This document shows, in pieces, positions 27,546 to 40,265 of a stretch of DNA of 64,000 nt (within the stretch, counting starts at the first letter, position 1; the number at the start of each line of letters is the position of its first letter). Origin of the DNA: Octopus sinensis (taxonomy: Eukaryota). A program made the translations under genes and the position numbers. The stretch covers positions 22,010,001 to 22,074,000 of the forward strand of contig NC_043003.1 in assembly GCF_006345805.1 (NCBI RefSeq), read 5' to 3'. Under the pieces are notes generated by a model. It was not told the DNA's origin. It worked only from the letters and a program-made list of their open reading frames with translations, and made no database searches.

Positions 27546-29334
27546 CAAAGGGACAGCTTTACACTAAGAAATTAGGGGTAAAACTACGAGAAAAAGGGCC
27601 AGAACAGAACTAATAAGTGTATTCCTCTGCTTCCTCCTCACTGGTTTTATTAATCAAAGACAGTGGCCTCTTTTTCCGGGCAATTTGTCTGCTTTCAGAA
27701 GCTCAGCCCCATACTCTGAACTGCTGTGAGTTTTAGTGTTATGGAAAAATAAATCAGATGTCTAAAAGTCCTGTTTGCAACCAATGCTAAGTGCTATGAG
27801 GGAAAAAAACCCTTAATGGCTTTTTTCATAAGCAGAGGCTCTTTGTAAGAGTGATTTCCATATTTGTTTTACAAGCTGTCAAACCTCTCCCATTCTATAT
27901 AGCATCAAAGGGAGATAGTGCTAGTTAAAGTACTGAACTAATTGGTAATTGATGAGTAGTTTGGTAGCTTTGTGGTGCCATGATTGAATCCTCCCTTACA
28001 AAGATGACAGCTTGTTCCTGAAAACATTCCTGAAATCAACAAGATAGGAAAGCTATTTTTACTCTGCACTGTTAGAGTGGCCATTTTGTATTAGTGAAAC
28101 AAAATCTGCATTATTTTGATGATGGTTGCTACTAACATGTACTGGTGCTATATAAAGAACACGTTAACCTGCCAAATCTTGAAATAAAAAAAATGAAAAT
28201 GAAACCACCCCCACCTTCCACCATTCTTCTGTTCCAATCTGGTAGTCATAGCGATCACTTTGAAGTCTCTATTATGCCACCATTTCTTCTCTTCCATGCC
28301 CACCACTTGCAGTGAGTTAACATACCCCCATCTAAAGTCTCTTATTTTTGGGAGATGGCATTCTTATAAATAAATCCAGCTTGCATAAAAGTTTTCATGA
28401 AACAAAGTTAAATTTAGTGTTGCTTTGTTGTACCACTTTATAGCTTTGTTAGGTCAGAATGTTGGATATAAGGAAGTAGACACTTTGAATGAATTAATAT
28501 TTTTTCACAGACATGTTTCTTAACATCTTTTTACCTTTCTGTATGAATTCGCGATGCCTTCTCCTCTATGTAGATTCTCAATTTGATAAAGAAATGAAGA
28601 AAGAAATACACAAAATAACAAAACTATGAACACGAGAAATTCCAGTTTTTAGTCTAAAACTAACTGCAGTTATTTTCTGCTTACTAAATTGCAACTAGAA
28701 ATTGACTGGAGAAAATGTCCGCTGAAATCCCCCTCTCAACCTTTCACTTTTGACACACATACAATCCACTCCCTCAATGTACACGCGCGCACGCACGCAC
28801 ACACACACACTGGTTAGAACATATGCAATAAAATTCTACTGTTGATCTAAAAATGATTTATTTACATTAGAATAGTTCAAGTTTATTAAGCGACTGAAAT
28901 TTTTATAACCAGAATATGAAAGTGAAAGGTGACAAGTAAGGATCCTTCCTGGTACTATAGGAAGGAGGAGTTGATAAGTTAGATTAGTCCAGAGGATTGC
29001 TGTGAATGTAATATTTGATGTTAAATAGTTTCTGTGTAGGCCATTGAGATTTTGTTTACTTCCAATCTCTTATTTTTCTCTGAGGTAGAGAGCATGGTGA
29101 TCGCAGCCTATATGGCCTATCCACACTGCAAAACATATGTGCATATGCATGTGCACACACACACACACACACACAATGTACGGTTTTCATTGTTGGAAAG
29201 ATCAGCAAAGAAAAAACTCCGCCCAATAAGACATTTAATAAACACAAGATTTATGTGTAAGTTACTAAAAGTCTTATCCTCGGAGAGTACAATAGTTGGA
29301 TGAACTTTTGTAGCATGCTCTGCGCTATCCTGCA

Positions 29335-29619
29335 ATCATCATCATCTTTAACGTCCATTTTCCATGCTGGCATATGCATATACATACTTCTTTTACCCCC
29401 TCACCCCATAACGATATTTACCAACAAGCACACCTCCACTTTTCCTCATCATTCACTATATTCACCTTTACACTCATCTCAAACCATCTGTCACTCTCTT
29501 CTAATACTCTTATGAACACATCCAATCAGCCCTCCAGTGGTATTCACATACCTTGTCACCAACATCTTTATCATCTCTCTGGTTACTCCTACAACACTCC
29601 TGTATAATGCAGGGGGTGT
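29335..29619 (-). mobile_element. Old LINE 3' end (probably RTE) carrying the SINE-B-like tail
   Basis: Begins catcatcatctttaacgtccattttccatgctggcat (same tail as SINE B/C) but continues into purine-rich coding-like minus-strand sequence (..GVTREMIK..). Confidence 0.4.
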
Positions 29620-29732
29620 GGTTAAGCTGTTTCTCTCTTCTGTAGCAAGATACCTGTGCCTGTCCCTCTGTCATACTTTCAATACTTGGTACAAAGCTAC
29701 TCCCCCCCCCTCTACAACGCCACTTAATTTTT
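29620..29732 (+). repeat. Target-site duplication, left copy (113 bp)
   Basis: ggttaagctgtttctc..ctacaacgccacttaattttt identical to 30448-30562 apart from C9 versus C11. Confidence 0.97.
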
Positions 29733-30447
29733 GGGAGACTGCGAAAGAAAGTCTGGGAGCGGAGAGGAATCAGCCTCAACACCAAGCTGAAAGTCTACCG
29801 GGCAGTCGTGCTTACCACTCTACTATACGGCTGCGAAACGTGGACTGCTTACCGAAGGCACGAGCGCCAGATAAACCACTTCCATCTCAGGTGTCTTCGG
29901 AATCTCCTTCACATCCGCTGGCAGGACAAAGTCCCAGACACGGAAGTTCTGAAGCAGGCAGATCTCCCTAGCACCATCACAATCATGCGCAAGGCCCAGC
30001 TGAGATGGGCGGGCCACGTCTCCCGCATGTCCGACACTCGCATCCCAAAACAGCTCTTCTACGGTGAACTCGGCCAGGGCAGGCGCAAAGTCGGAGGGCA
30101 GAAAAAGCGCTACAAGGATAGTCTCAAGGTCTCTCTCAAAGACTTCTCCATCGGAACAGAGACCTGGGAGACACTTGCTGCCAACCGCTCATCCTGGCGC
30201 AGCGCAATCACCGTGGGAGCAGGGACAGCCGAGGAGGGACGGATTCGGTCAGCGGAGCAGAACGTCAGATGCGTAAAGTCAGAGCCGCCTGCACCAGTAG
30301 CACTGCCCCTACCCACTTCTGCCCCACCTGTGGGAGGGGCTTCCTTGCCCGGATTGGCCTCACCAGCCACCTCCGGTCTCATGGCGGCAGTTCCATCAGA
30401 TGATGTCAGTTGGTCATCTTCGAACCGAAGGACGAACATTAGGATTA
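29733..30447 (+). mobile_element. Young 5'-truncated RTE-clade LINE (ORF C-terminus with C2H2-type finger and 3' UTR)
   Basis: GRLRKKVWERRGISLNTKLKVYRAVVLTTLLYGCETW..QLRWAGHVSRM..KQLFYGEL..GGQKKRYKDSLK; a 1-nt deletion at about 30261 shifts off the native end KRQMRKVRAACTSSTAPTHFCPTCGRGFLARIGLTSHLRSHGGSSIR* (stop 30401-30403). GC- and CpG-rich relative to its flanks. Confidence 0.95.
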
Positions 30448-30562
30448 GGTTAAGCTGTTTCTCTCTTCTGTAGCAAGATACCTGTGCCTGTCCCTCTGTC
30501 ATACTTTCAATACTTGGTACAAAGCTACTCCCCCCCCCCCTCTACAACGCCACTTAATTTTT
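30448..30562 (+). repeat. Target-site duplication, right copy (115 bp)
   Basis: Direct repeat of 29620-29732. Confidence 0.97.
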
Positions 30563-30575
30563 TTTTTTGTATTAT

Positions 30576-30785
30576 TGCATGTTACTTGGCAACCTCATTG
30601 GTGCCAGTGAGTATTACGAAAAACTCACCCAGTACACTTTAAAGTGGTTGGTGTTAGGAAGGACATCCCACCCTAGAAACCATGCCGAAGCTGACATTGG
30701 AGCTCAATAGTCCCTTGACTCATTGGATCCTGTCAAACATCCCAAGCCAAGTCAGCATGAAATACAGACATTAGACAATGACATA
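30576..30785 (+). mobile_element. SINE family B
   Basis: gcatgttacttggcaacctc..aaagtggttggtgttaggaaggacatcc. Confidence 0.8.
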
Positions 30786-32697
30786 TGCATGCACGTGCAC
30801 ACACACACACCACACACACACAGTATAGTAGATGGAAGCTGTAGAAAATCTTTCATGCATGTGCACTTACGTGTATGAATGTTTACATTGTACATTGAGC
30901 TAAACAATGGCTCATGTCATTTGTTGACATTTTCCTGATTATCAAATTGTCCAATAGCTCTATGCTTTCAGAGATGAGTGGAATGAAAACTCCTTACATT
31001 GGATTTAAAAAAAAAGGAGTTGGGGGTAAGGATTAGTGACAGGAGGGACACCTAGCTGTAAAACAATGCTTCAGTAATATGTATGCATCCAATCCATGCT
31101 AGTATGGAAAAACCAACAGAAAACAAACAGATAAATGGTGTTTGTGTTTGTTTAAATAAGCATAGTTGCTTGTAGCTTCAGGTTTTATTGCAGTTTTGGT
31201 TTGTATTTATGCCCCCAAACCTACCTTTTGGATGCAGTTAGAAGAATTTAGGTACATGAAGTACCTTGAAACATCAAAGATCCTTTCTCTCTCACTTCTC
31301 TCTATAGACACTTACTTCTCTTGGTTATGTTTTTATATGAATAGGGAAACTATTATCATCATCATTATTATTATTCACATGAACTGCAACACTCTTCTAT
31401 TATTATAGTATTTTTCTTTGGTTTCTTTGAAATCAACTCTTTCTAACATTATTAGTCTTATATTAATTGCAGCCCTTTTTCAAAACATAGATAAAGCATT
31501 TTGCTAAAGACACAGAAGGAGCTGTTGAGAAGCAACCTTGGACTTGTTATCTTTGTTTTGGGTTTGTTTTCTGTAATAGATATGTAAGATTTCATTAAAT
31601 AAACTATTGTTTTAGTCTTTATTTGCCTAGCTTACATGCTTTGTTAATTCCCTCTTTATATACATATATACTTTCTCCATCTCACGTATATAGATTTTTA
31701 ATGAAAGCAAAATATTGAAACTTATATGCAAGCAAAGTCTTTCTTTTTTTTCCTAGATTAATGTTTTAGACAAAAGCAAAAGAAGGCATATGTGTTTGGG
31801 TGGCATTTTTCAAAAGATGGCAGTTCTCTTATCTTTTCTATTGTAGTAGCAGAGATGAATGTTAGGTTTTGTTCAGTAGAGTTTTTTAATCAACTAGTTT
31901 AATTAACTTGGCTTCATTTTTATTATGGTAAATATTAAAAACCTTAGAAATGTACACCATATTATATTTTATTTTAACTCTTTGCTGTTCATGTTAATTC
32001 TTCAATATATTTGTTGCTTTTATTCTAACTCTTTACATGTTAAGCTGCCGTGCAGGCTTTTTAAATCTGAATGTTCCTCTGAAGTCTGACCCCTAGTACA
32101 TTTAATTGTCAAATGTGAGTGACACTAGTTTTCAATACAGATAAACCAACAATAACAGCATTATGGGGGTACTTGTGCCAGAAATCTATTTGTGTGTGTC
32201 AGTACTTTGACCATTCAGTTTTATAACACTTAACTAACAATCTTTATAAGTTTGCAGTTTTGTTTTTCTCTTCTCAGGGAAAAAAATATATGAAAAGATA
32301 AAAAAAATAGCTATGGCTTTCAATTGGTTATGTTTAATTGAAAACTTTTCATTTTTGATTGGCTTTACATGTAGTTTTGAATTTACTTCAAATATAGTAT
32401 CAAATTCATGAAAGTGTTAGATTATTTAATTTGAAGTGGCTAAACCCCCCCCCTTTTTTTTTATTACCAACATTAAATTGTAAAATTTTAAACTTTTTTC
32501 TATTTTGTTAATATTACAGGTTGTCTTTGTAAACATGTGTATCATATGACCTGATTCTCATGGCAGAATCCTTTGAATTGTTGAAAACATTCTAATAAAA
32601 CTAGAAGAGTCTTGAGTCCAGATGTCAATATGGTAGATCATAAATTGTTAGTTGCAAAAAAAAAATCCAGATGCTGCCTTCAAAGTGGCATTGATCA

Positions 32698-32701
<4 letters not shown>

Positions 32702-32738
<37 letters not shown>

Positions 32739-33025
32739 CAACAACAACCCTTTCTACTAAAGACACAAGGCCTAAAATTTGATGGGAAGGGCCAGTCAAT
32801 TATATCAACCCTAGGGCATGACTAGTACTTATTTCACCAACCCCTAACGGATGAAAGGCAAAGTCGACTTTGGTGTAATTGAATCTCAGAATGTAAAGAT
32901 GGACAAAATACCGCCAGTGCTCAACTGCTTATTTTTATTGATCCTGAAAGGATGAAAGGCAAGTTTGACCTTAGCAGAATTTGAACTTAGAAAATAAGGC
33001 TGGAAGGAATGCAACATAAAATTTT
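32702..33025 (-). mobile_element. (TAA)n(CAA)n tail plus dimeric SINE family E
   Basis: Two ggatgaaaggcaa cores (about 32849 and 32950). Confidence 0.8.
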
Positions 33026-33189
33026 GTTTGGCATGCTGATTCTGCAGCAGGTGGTACTGTTGTTTTCGATGCAAAATACACTAAAAGCAATGGAATCTCT
33101 TGTGGACTTGCAGAAAAACCAGAACTTTGGTAGTTAATGGGGTCGTCTGCTCAGTTGTCTCATTAGAGGTAGTTAATAGTTCTTGTTAA

Positions 33190-33401
33190 CCCTTTAGCAT
33201 TTAAATAGGTCATATTTGCCAAAATATTCTTGTTTTTATGCTCAGACCAGCCAAATCTATCTTCTCACACCTACCTTACAATGTCATTCTAAAAAAAACT
33301 ATCATATCATTGAAATTTCAAAGGGACAAGACAATGTATGATTAATTCAAAACAATGCATAAATAAGCATTATATTTGGCAGTAATTTGAATACTAAAGA
33401 G
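33190..33401. mobile_element. piggyBac-type MITE family P1 (inverted relative to 12002)
   Basis: TTAA|ccctttagcatt..aatactaaagag|TTAG. Confidence 0.8.
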
Positions 33402-33405
33402 TTAG

Positions 33406-33625
33406 CCCTTTCATTACCAACCCGACTGAAACTGGCTCTGGCTCCGAGTACAAATTTCTTGTTTTCATAAGTTTTGAATTAAAATCTTCCACCAAACCTT
33501 AGTCACAATTTATGTTCCTAACATTAGCTGAATGATAGCTAAGTTATTTTACTAAATTCTTTGTTATATTTAAAGTAATTGAAACAAACACAGAGCATCT
33601 CAAAATATATACAGTAATGAAAGGG
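33406..33625. mobile_element. piggyBac-type MITE family P2
   Basis: Perfect 12-bp TIR ccctttcattac/gtaatgaaaggg, followed by TTAA. Confidence 0.85.
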
Positions 33626-36404
33626 TTAAATAAGTAGCATTGTAAAGAAAGCATAGCTGCCAGAGTAGGAAAAGGTGGAAGAAGTTGCTAGACTTACAGC
33701 ATGTGTTGATAATGAAGAGTGTGCGCCTCGTTTCTCTCTCTTCAGAAAGTAAGCTACAAAGTGTTCTGTAACAAGGTAGTGTGACACAAGTATTGACTAT
33801 GGAAGTCAGGTGGGGGTGAGAGAAACAAGGCAAAGTGTGCTCTGTTGCATGTGACAGGCAGAGCATAGTAAATAAACTATTCATTGAAAGCATCAGCTTA
33901 TCTGTGCAGAATAAATGATTGCACTGATGGCAATATGTGATATGAATGGGAAACGGGTACTGTATGCTGTCAGCAGATAGTATCCATGACAGAAGAAGAC
34001 ATAAGCAGACATGAGAAGTCAGATCTTAAGACGAGGAGTCTCTTAAATGAAAGAACAAAAGATCAAAACAAGTAGTGACCTGTTGTATGGTAGACTTATT
34101 CAACCTTTGCCAATATAGACAAACCACTATTAGAAATAGACGATATTATCAATCATATTATTTCAAAGTGTATCGTTATTGATATTGAAATATGCTTCTT
34201 TTGATCTTGTCAAACTATTAATCGCTCCTGACTTCAATAGAAAATACATATTGCTTTTTATTTGGGGAAATTCAGTAGATATTTGAACTTCAGTAATGTG
34301 TTGATACAGATTAGTGGATCAAGTAGGAATGTATATGAATATTTATTTTATGTTTTATAGATACAAAATTTGCTTCAATGTTACCCAACACTTGGGATTT
34401 GATGGAGAATATTCTTCAGTGCTGTAAACATTTGTAGGTACTAAATTTTTTGAGATGTGTTCATATTGTGAATAATGTCTTTTACAGAATATTTATGTAT
34501 CTATGTTTTTACTTAATTTTACCTGTCCAAACTTGCAAGCTTCTCTAGGTTTATAAGGTCACTTTGGTGCTTTAACCATATCAAACACATTAATGATAAT
34601 GAACCTTTTAAAGGTAGCTAGCTTTGAAAGTTGTGGAAAGGGCCAAACTTAATTTTCTGTGTGAGGTTGCAGATGCTCGGCTGTTTGCTGTTTTTGTCCA
34701 CAAACCGACTGGTGAGAGCTTCTTGGGTGCAAGCCAGAAAGGAGAGACATACGTGAAACAGAGCTGTCAAGACCCTGCAGATATGGGCCTAACTTGAAAG
34801 CAGGCTCACAATGGGTCTTGCAACTCTTTTCAGGGGAGATCACTCATTGCGCAATGAGAGCATGGAGAAACTTTGACTATGCTTTGAAAAAGGTAGTGGG
34901 AGTATTGAAAATCTGAAATCTGATGGTAGTTACAACACTTGTTATTCTTTTAGTGAATTATGCTTTTCTCTCTCATTACCTTAATATTCTATTTTCTGCA
35001 TATCTTTAAACTCTTACAACTATTCTCTACATAAGATAATTAACTGGCACAAAACACCTGCATGTTATGCAAAAATGATAAAACTGGAAATATTCTTTAG
35101 GAGAAATGCTACTTTCAAGTCTTTTAATGATTTCTGTATGCAAAAGGTGAAACAATCTGCATCACTGAAGGTTGTTAGATTTGAAGATCATTTTTTTAAA
35201 AAACTGCTAAATAAGCTAATCAAGAAAAACAGAAGGAAGGAAAGAAACTATTTACCATTATGGAGGAAGTTTTCTTTCCATAATTGACTGGGAGTCATGT
35301 AGGAAACTGCAAAAACTGTCATGAGGTCAGGATATATTGCTGAATTAGCAGCAATTTAATCTGTAGACTTCTCACCGAATTGGATGTTATTTGAGAATAT
35401 GGACTTAATGGATTCAGCATATATCGGTGGACAGTTTGCAGCTGCATATGCCACAACAGTGTCTAGTTAATTATTAAAGGAAGTGATAAACTCCAATGTG
35501 CATTATTAGTGCTCTGTATATTTAAGATTATCGGGCCTGTTTGTACAATTATTTGGAACTTAAAAGATCTCTCCCTCCCTCCCTGTGTGTGTGTGAAGTT
35601 TCAGCAAATGAAAGCATTGAATCCATATGGGAGTTATTGCTCCTTTCTCATATTTATTTATTTTCCTAAATACCACATTTTATGGCAGATTCTCAAAAAT
35701 TACCGGCAGCCATTGTTATTGCCTTTTCTCCTGCTGAATATGGCTAAGGAAAACAAACTTCATTTAATCCTGTTATAGTAAATTTTCACTTGGTCATGAA
35801 ACTTGAGTCCCTGCTAAAATGGCATTAATGTACTGTATAAAGTGCATGTTTATATGTGCATGTGTTACACATGTTCATAAAGTGACTAATTTATGAAGTG
35901 ATGTTAGTTTCAATCAATAATTATTTCTAACTGCTGACAAATTGGCGGGGGGGGGGGGGGGCAGAGAAATCGAAACACAATTATATCTGATGGACAGAAA
36001 AAAAAGTGATAACTGTTGTTAAAATATGAGGTAGTTTCTCTTTATCTAAACATATGTTGGTGATTGAAATATGTCAAATGTAAGATAAAATGATTTAAAA
36101 AACTGTAAGCGAAAAATATTATAGCTAAGAATGATGGAAAAAATTTAAACATTATAATACCTATGGTTAATATATGAAATAGTTTCACTGCACAATTTAA
36201 CTCAGTAATTCAGTGTAGTATGATTGGTTTCAAATGTGTACTATGTACCACACATGACAGCAGTTTATGCTGCGTACAGAGCATATTCACTTTTTCAAAT
36301 TTTTAACTGTAATAGAAAATCAACTACAATATAGGAAGGAGGAGAAGATAGATCCAAGAAGTTGTGATGTTCATGCCTTAATCATTTGAAAATATTTGTC
36401 ACAA

Positions 36405-37070
36405 AAATCACTGCTTCAGGTTCAGTTCCACTGCATGATATTTAGAAGCAAGTGTCTGTCTACTATAGCCCTGGAACAACCAAAAGTCTTGTGATTTTGG
36501 TAGATGAAAGCTCAAAGCCTCTGCATGTGTGTATGTGTGTCTTGATTTCATGAGATTGTTGTAAATGAGTATCATCATCATACAAGCTGTCTTTTATCCG
36601 ATCTTCCAGGAAAACATCTCCAGTCTTGGGAAATATTACCTTGCTTGGAAATGGGTTAGGGCTGGGCTGACCAACCTGCGGCCTATGGGCCGCATGTGGC
36701 CCACAGACTTTTATCTTGATACTTTCTTCAAGTATTGAGTTTAATTTCAAAATATAATTGTTTGTAATAAAACATTTGTTTCAAAATAAATTTCAAATTC
36801 ATAAGTGATAGCCTACAATTTTATAATTTCAAACAAATGAAAAGTATGAAAAATTCTTGATTCTGTAATTTGATTATTTGACTATTAGTGCATAAAGTAT
36901 ACAAGTGGCCCTCAAAAAACTTTGTGTGATTAAAGTGGCCCGCAATGTAATTTGAGTCGGCCAGGCCTGGGTTAGCGCTAGCAACATGGGGGATCCAACT
37001 GTAGTAAATTTACCTCAACAAATTCCATCTGGCCCACGCAGGTATGGAAAAGTGAATGTTAAAATGGCTA
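36405..37070 (+). mobile_element. SINE family C split by a hAT MITE
   Basis: aatattaccttgcttggaaatgggttag before 36662 resumes as ..caacaaattccatctggcccacgcaggtatggaaaagtgaatgttaaaatg after 36977. Confidence 0.75.
36662..36969. mobile_element. hAT (Buster-type) MITE, 308 bp
   Basis: Imperfect TIR ctgggctgaccaac / gtcggccaggcctg; gggccgcatgtggccc subterminal motifs; 8-bp TSD ggttaggg/ggttagcg with TA at positions 4-5. Confidence 0.8.
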
Positions 37071-38958
37071 CTTTCAATATTGAAGATTGCGAGGTCAAGG
37101 GTTTCAAGAACATTTCCTGTGATCATCTGTTGTTGCAATTTGCTTGTCACAGTTTTAAATACCAATCCTCAAATCTCAGTGTCTCTTCATAAAAACAGAC
37201 TTTATTGTATCTCATTACATTACAAACCATCTCTCTGAACACACTGTGTATGCTGATTTTCGATTCATATGAGGATTTGTAAGTTTGTCATGATACATTT
37301 CACTGTTCAAAGTATTTTTGAGGTCGAATACTAAGTTTAATATTTACATATTAAATAATCAGAGAGATGAATGAGAAATTTAATTCTGTGCTTGCATGTG
37401 TGTGTAATTCTTCCATATTTTCTTCGTAAGATCACTTCAGGATTTTCTTCTTTCACAGCAAATATTGTAGCTGAGTTGTAGCTTCAGTCATGATAAATAG
37501 ACTGTGCTCCGGAATTGACCTCTTAATATTGTTAGTAGGTGCCTTCATTGATGACTTGTATTCATTGCTATTGATTTGATTTAGCTATGCCACTGCTGCT
37601 GAACTGTCCACATAGCTGAATATCTGTTTTCAATTCCAAATAGTGTCTCATTGAACAAGTGTGTATGTATGTATATATATACACATATAGATAGTTACAT
37701 TGTGAAGAGTAGTAATGAATGTTTTGAATTCAATGATTTCACTAGTGTGAATGGTAAAAATTATTCTTGTTTAGACATGCTAGTGCCTGCAGTTGGCAAA
37801 TGCCATGCAGCTAAGATTGGTGTATTGCATAATAGCTGCAATCTTAAGAGTGCACATCATAGTGACTTTGTCGATCAGTTCAAAGTCAAATTATCTTGAT
37901 AAGCTTTTTCCCTTTCTTCCTTTTGCCCTGAAAACATATAACTTTCTCTTTTTCTTATTGTTACACATTATGCAAAGTATTGTTTTGAATATTTTAATTT
38001 ATTTATATACTTATTATTATTATCATTATTATTATTATTATTTTCATTTCCATTTTCGTTGGAATGAGAATCAAATTTTCCATTACCTATGCCATTGTAT
38101 AATTTTTATGTAACCTACTTTAAAATTTTTCAGTCCATTATCATTTTGTTTTTCTTTCCCCCTGCTTTTGTAGCCATCTCTGGTATGTTTAGAATTCAGT
38201 CAAATCTAATTAAAAATGCATTTCTTTATTTATTGTCTTCTGCATTAACCTTCACTATGTTTGTTCGATTATTTCCTCCACTAAGGAATCCTGGGAAATT
38301 GCTGTATTATCTAACTTCAAGTTTCTCATGTGAGATTATATTTGAGTGTGTGTATGACATTTCTTTGCATATTTATTTTCAGTGTTTATTAAATGACTGT
38401 AGTAAACTCCGGAAGTTAATTTCAGAAATAACTTTCATTCAAAACTATCTGCTATGCACAGAACATTTTGTAATTGTTTTGTTAGATAATGGCTTCTTGG
38501 CTTCTCTCATTGCTTATAATGCTGTCTATGCCTTCTCTTTAGCTTAGTCCTTTCTTTTCAAGTGAAGGTTGATTTTCTGTATTATTTTTAAAAAAAATTT
38601 TTTTTTTTTTAAATTGTTTTGTGTCCTTTTAAAAACATTCCTTTTCATACTGTGGTTTTGCTTTTAGTTCTCTTGGCAATTGAATTTATCTAGCTATAAT
38701 TTGTTATTACAATATGCTGTCATCATAATAGCTACATCTTTGGGCAGCTACTTTACATCCAGCTGGCCATTGGCAACTTTTCTAAGTGCTTTGTTTCCCA
38801 ATGCACTGACTCTGACTATACATTTACTGAGTGGATGTTACCACTCAATTATACCTATTCATTAGCTTGATTTCATCACTTTGTTATAGAGAGAGAGAGA
38901 GAGAGAAAGTGTACAAGTTTTCTCAACAGGCTTTCCTTTTCTTTTGTATATTGAAACA

Positions 38959-39087
<129 letters not shown>

Positions 39088-39879
39088 ATTACAATTTTTT
39101 GTGTAAGTTGCTTATATTTGCCTGATATTAAATGCTTCACAAAATTGTATTGTCTTTGATTATGGTATTTACGGCTCATGAATGTTTGCAGTATTTTTCT
39201 GGTAAAAGGTAGAAAATTTTGTATGTTAAGTTTGTATTCCTCTGAGGTAGGTGAACATTAGAAGGAGGGGGGAGGGCCTGTAATACTCGCTCACCTACCT
39301 GAAAGAAAATATAAACTCCCTTTCACCAGCAATCCATCTTAATTTATGCTTGTACTTCGACTCTACCCCACACTCACTCTCCAAGGTATTAACTATTTTG
39401 ATTGTGGAATGTAAGAGAATGAGAGAAGCTAAGCAACAGCAACACTACCGAAGAAGAGTAAACATTGTCTGCATTAATTATTGAGCACCATCCACTTCAG
39501 ATTCTGCTCTTATTAGAGCTGGCTCACTCCTGCCTGCTTCCAAAAAAGGGCACTGTGGTACTGGGGGAAGTTGAATCGATGTAAACAAGCTTTCTTTGCC
39601 TTGTTGTCAGGGCATGTTAGTGTATGTAGGTCAAACATGGATTTTGCTACAGAACACAAACATTATATCAATGGCTGACTTGCACTGGCACCCACTTTTT
39701 TTTTCTTTTGTGTCTATTAAAATAGAAATTAATGCAGGCGAGGAGGCTGCATCAGTGTCCCTTCCTTCATCTCTTACACAAACGTTGTTTGGCTTGATTC
39801 TGTTCTGTTTTGTTTCCTCTCAGTTGTTAACAGCTGAGAGGTTAGTATTATTCATTCCCTATCTATCTCTCTGTCTCTG

Positions 39880-39918
<39 letters not shown>

Positions 39919-40179
39919 CACTTTTCCATTCACAAGTCTCAGCTATCAGTTTTTCCTGCGCATATTTTCTGCTGTATTTTCTTCCAGTGGATGTGTGTGT
40001 GTGCTGCTAAAACAAATAAAAACTTCTTTCTTTTAAAGATATGGTGCATTTTTTTTTTATATTTTAAAACACAATATTTTACATCCAAAGTGTATTAACT
40101 TTGAAAATTTAATGTTTCAGATATGTTAGAACATATCTGAAAACAATTTACAAATATTTGTTACACAATGTGTGTGTTC

Positions 40180-40212
<33 letters not shown>

Positions 40213-40265
40213 TATATATTTATATACATACACACATATATATATACATATATATATATATATAT
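40180..40265. repeat. (TA)n/(CA)n compound microsatellite
   Basis: Directly visible. Confidence 0.95.

Noticed and set aside
30438-30452. Telomere-like TTAGG repeat at the RTE 3' end
   Set aside because: Only two imperfect units; better explained as the element's short-repeat tail plus microhomology.
29510-30502. Overlapping ORFs on both strands (29510-, 29537+, 29823-, 30064+, 30110-)
   Set aside because: Shadows of the GC-rich RTE fragment and its TSD; only the frame of 29808 (with the 30261 frameshift) has RTE motifs.
34620-34900. GC-richer coding-like stretch
   Set aside because: No recognisable motif, no splice signals, stops in all frames.
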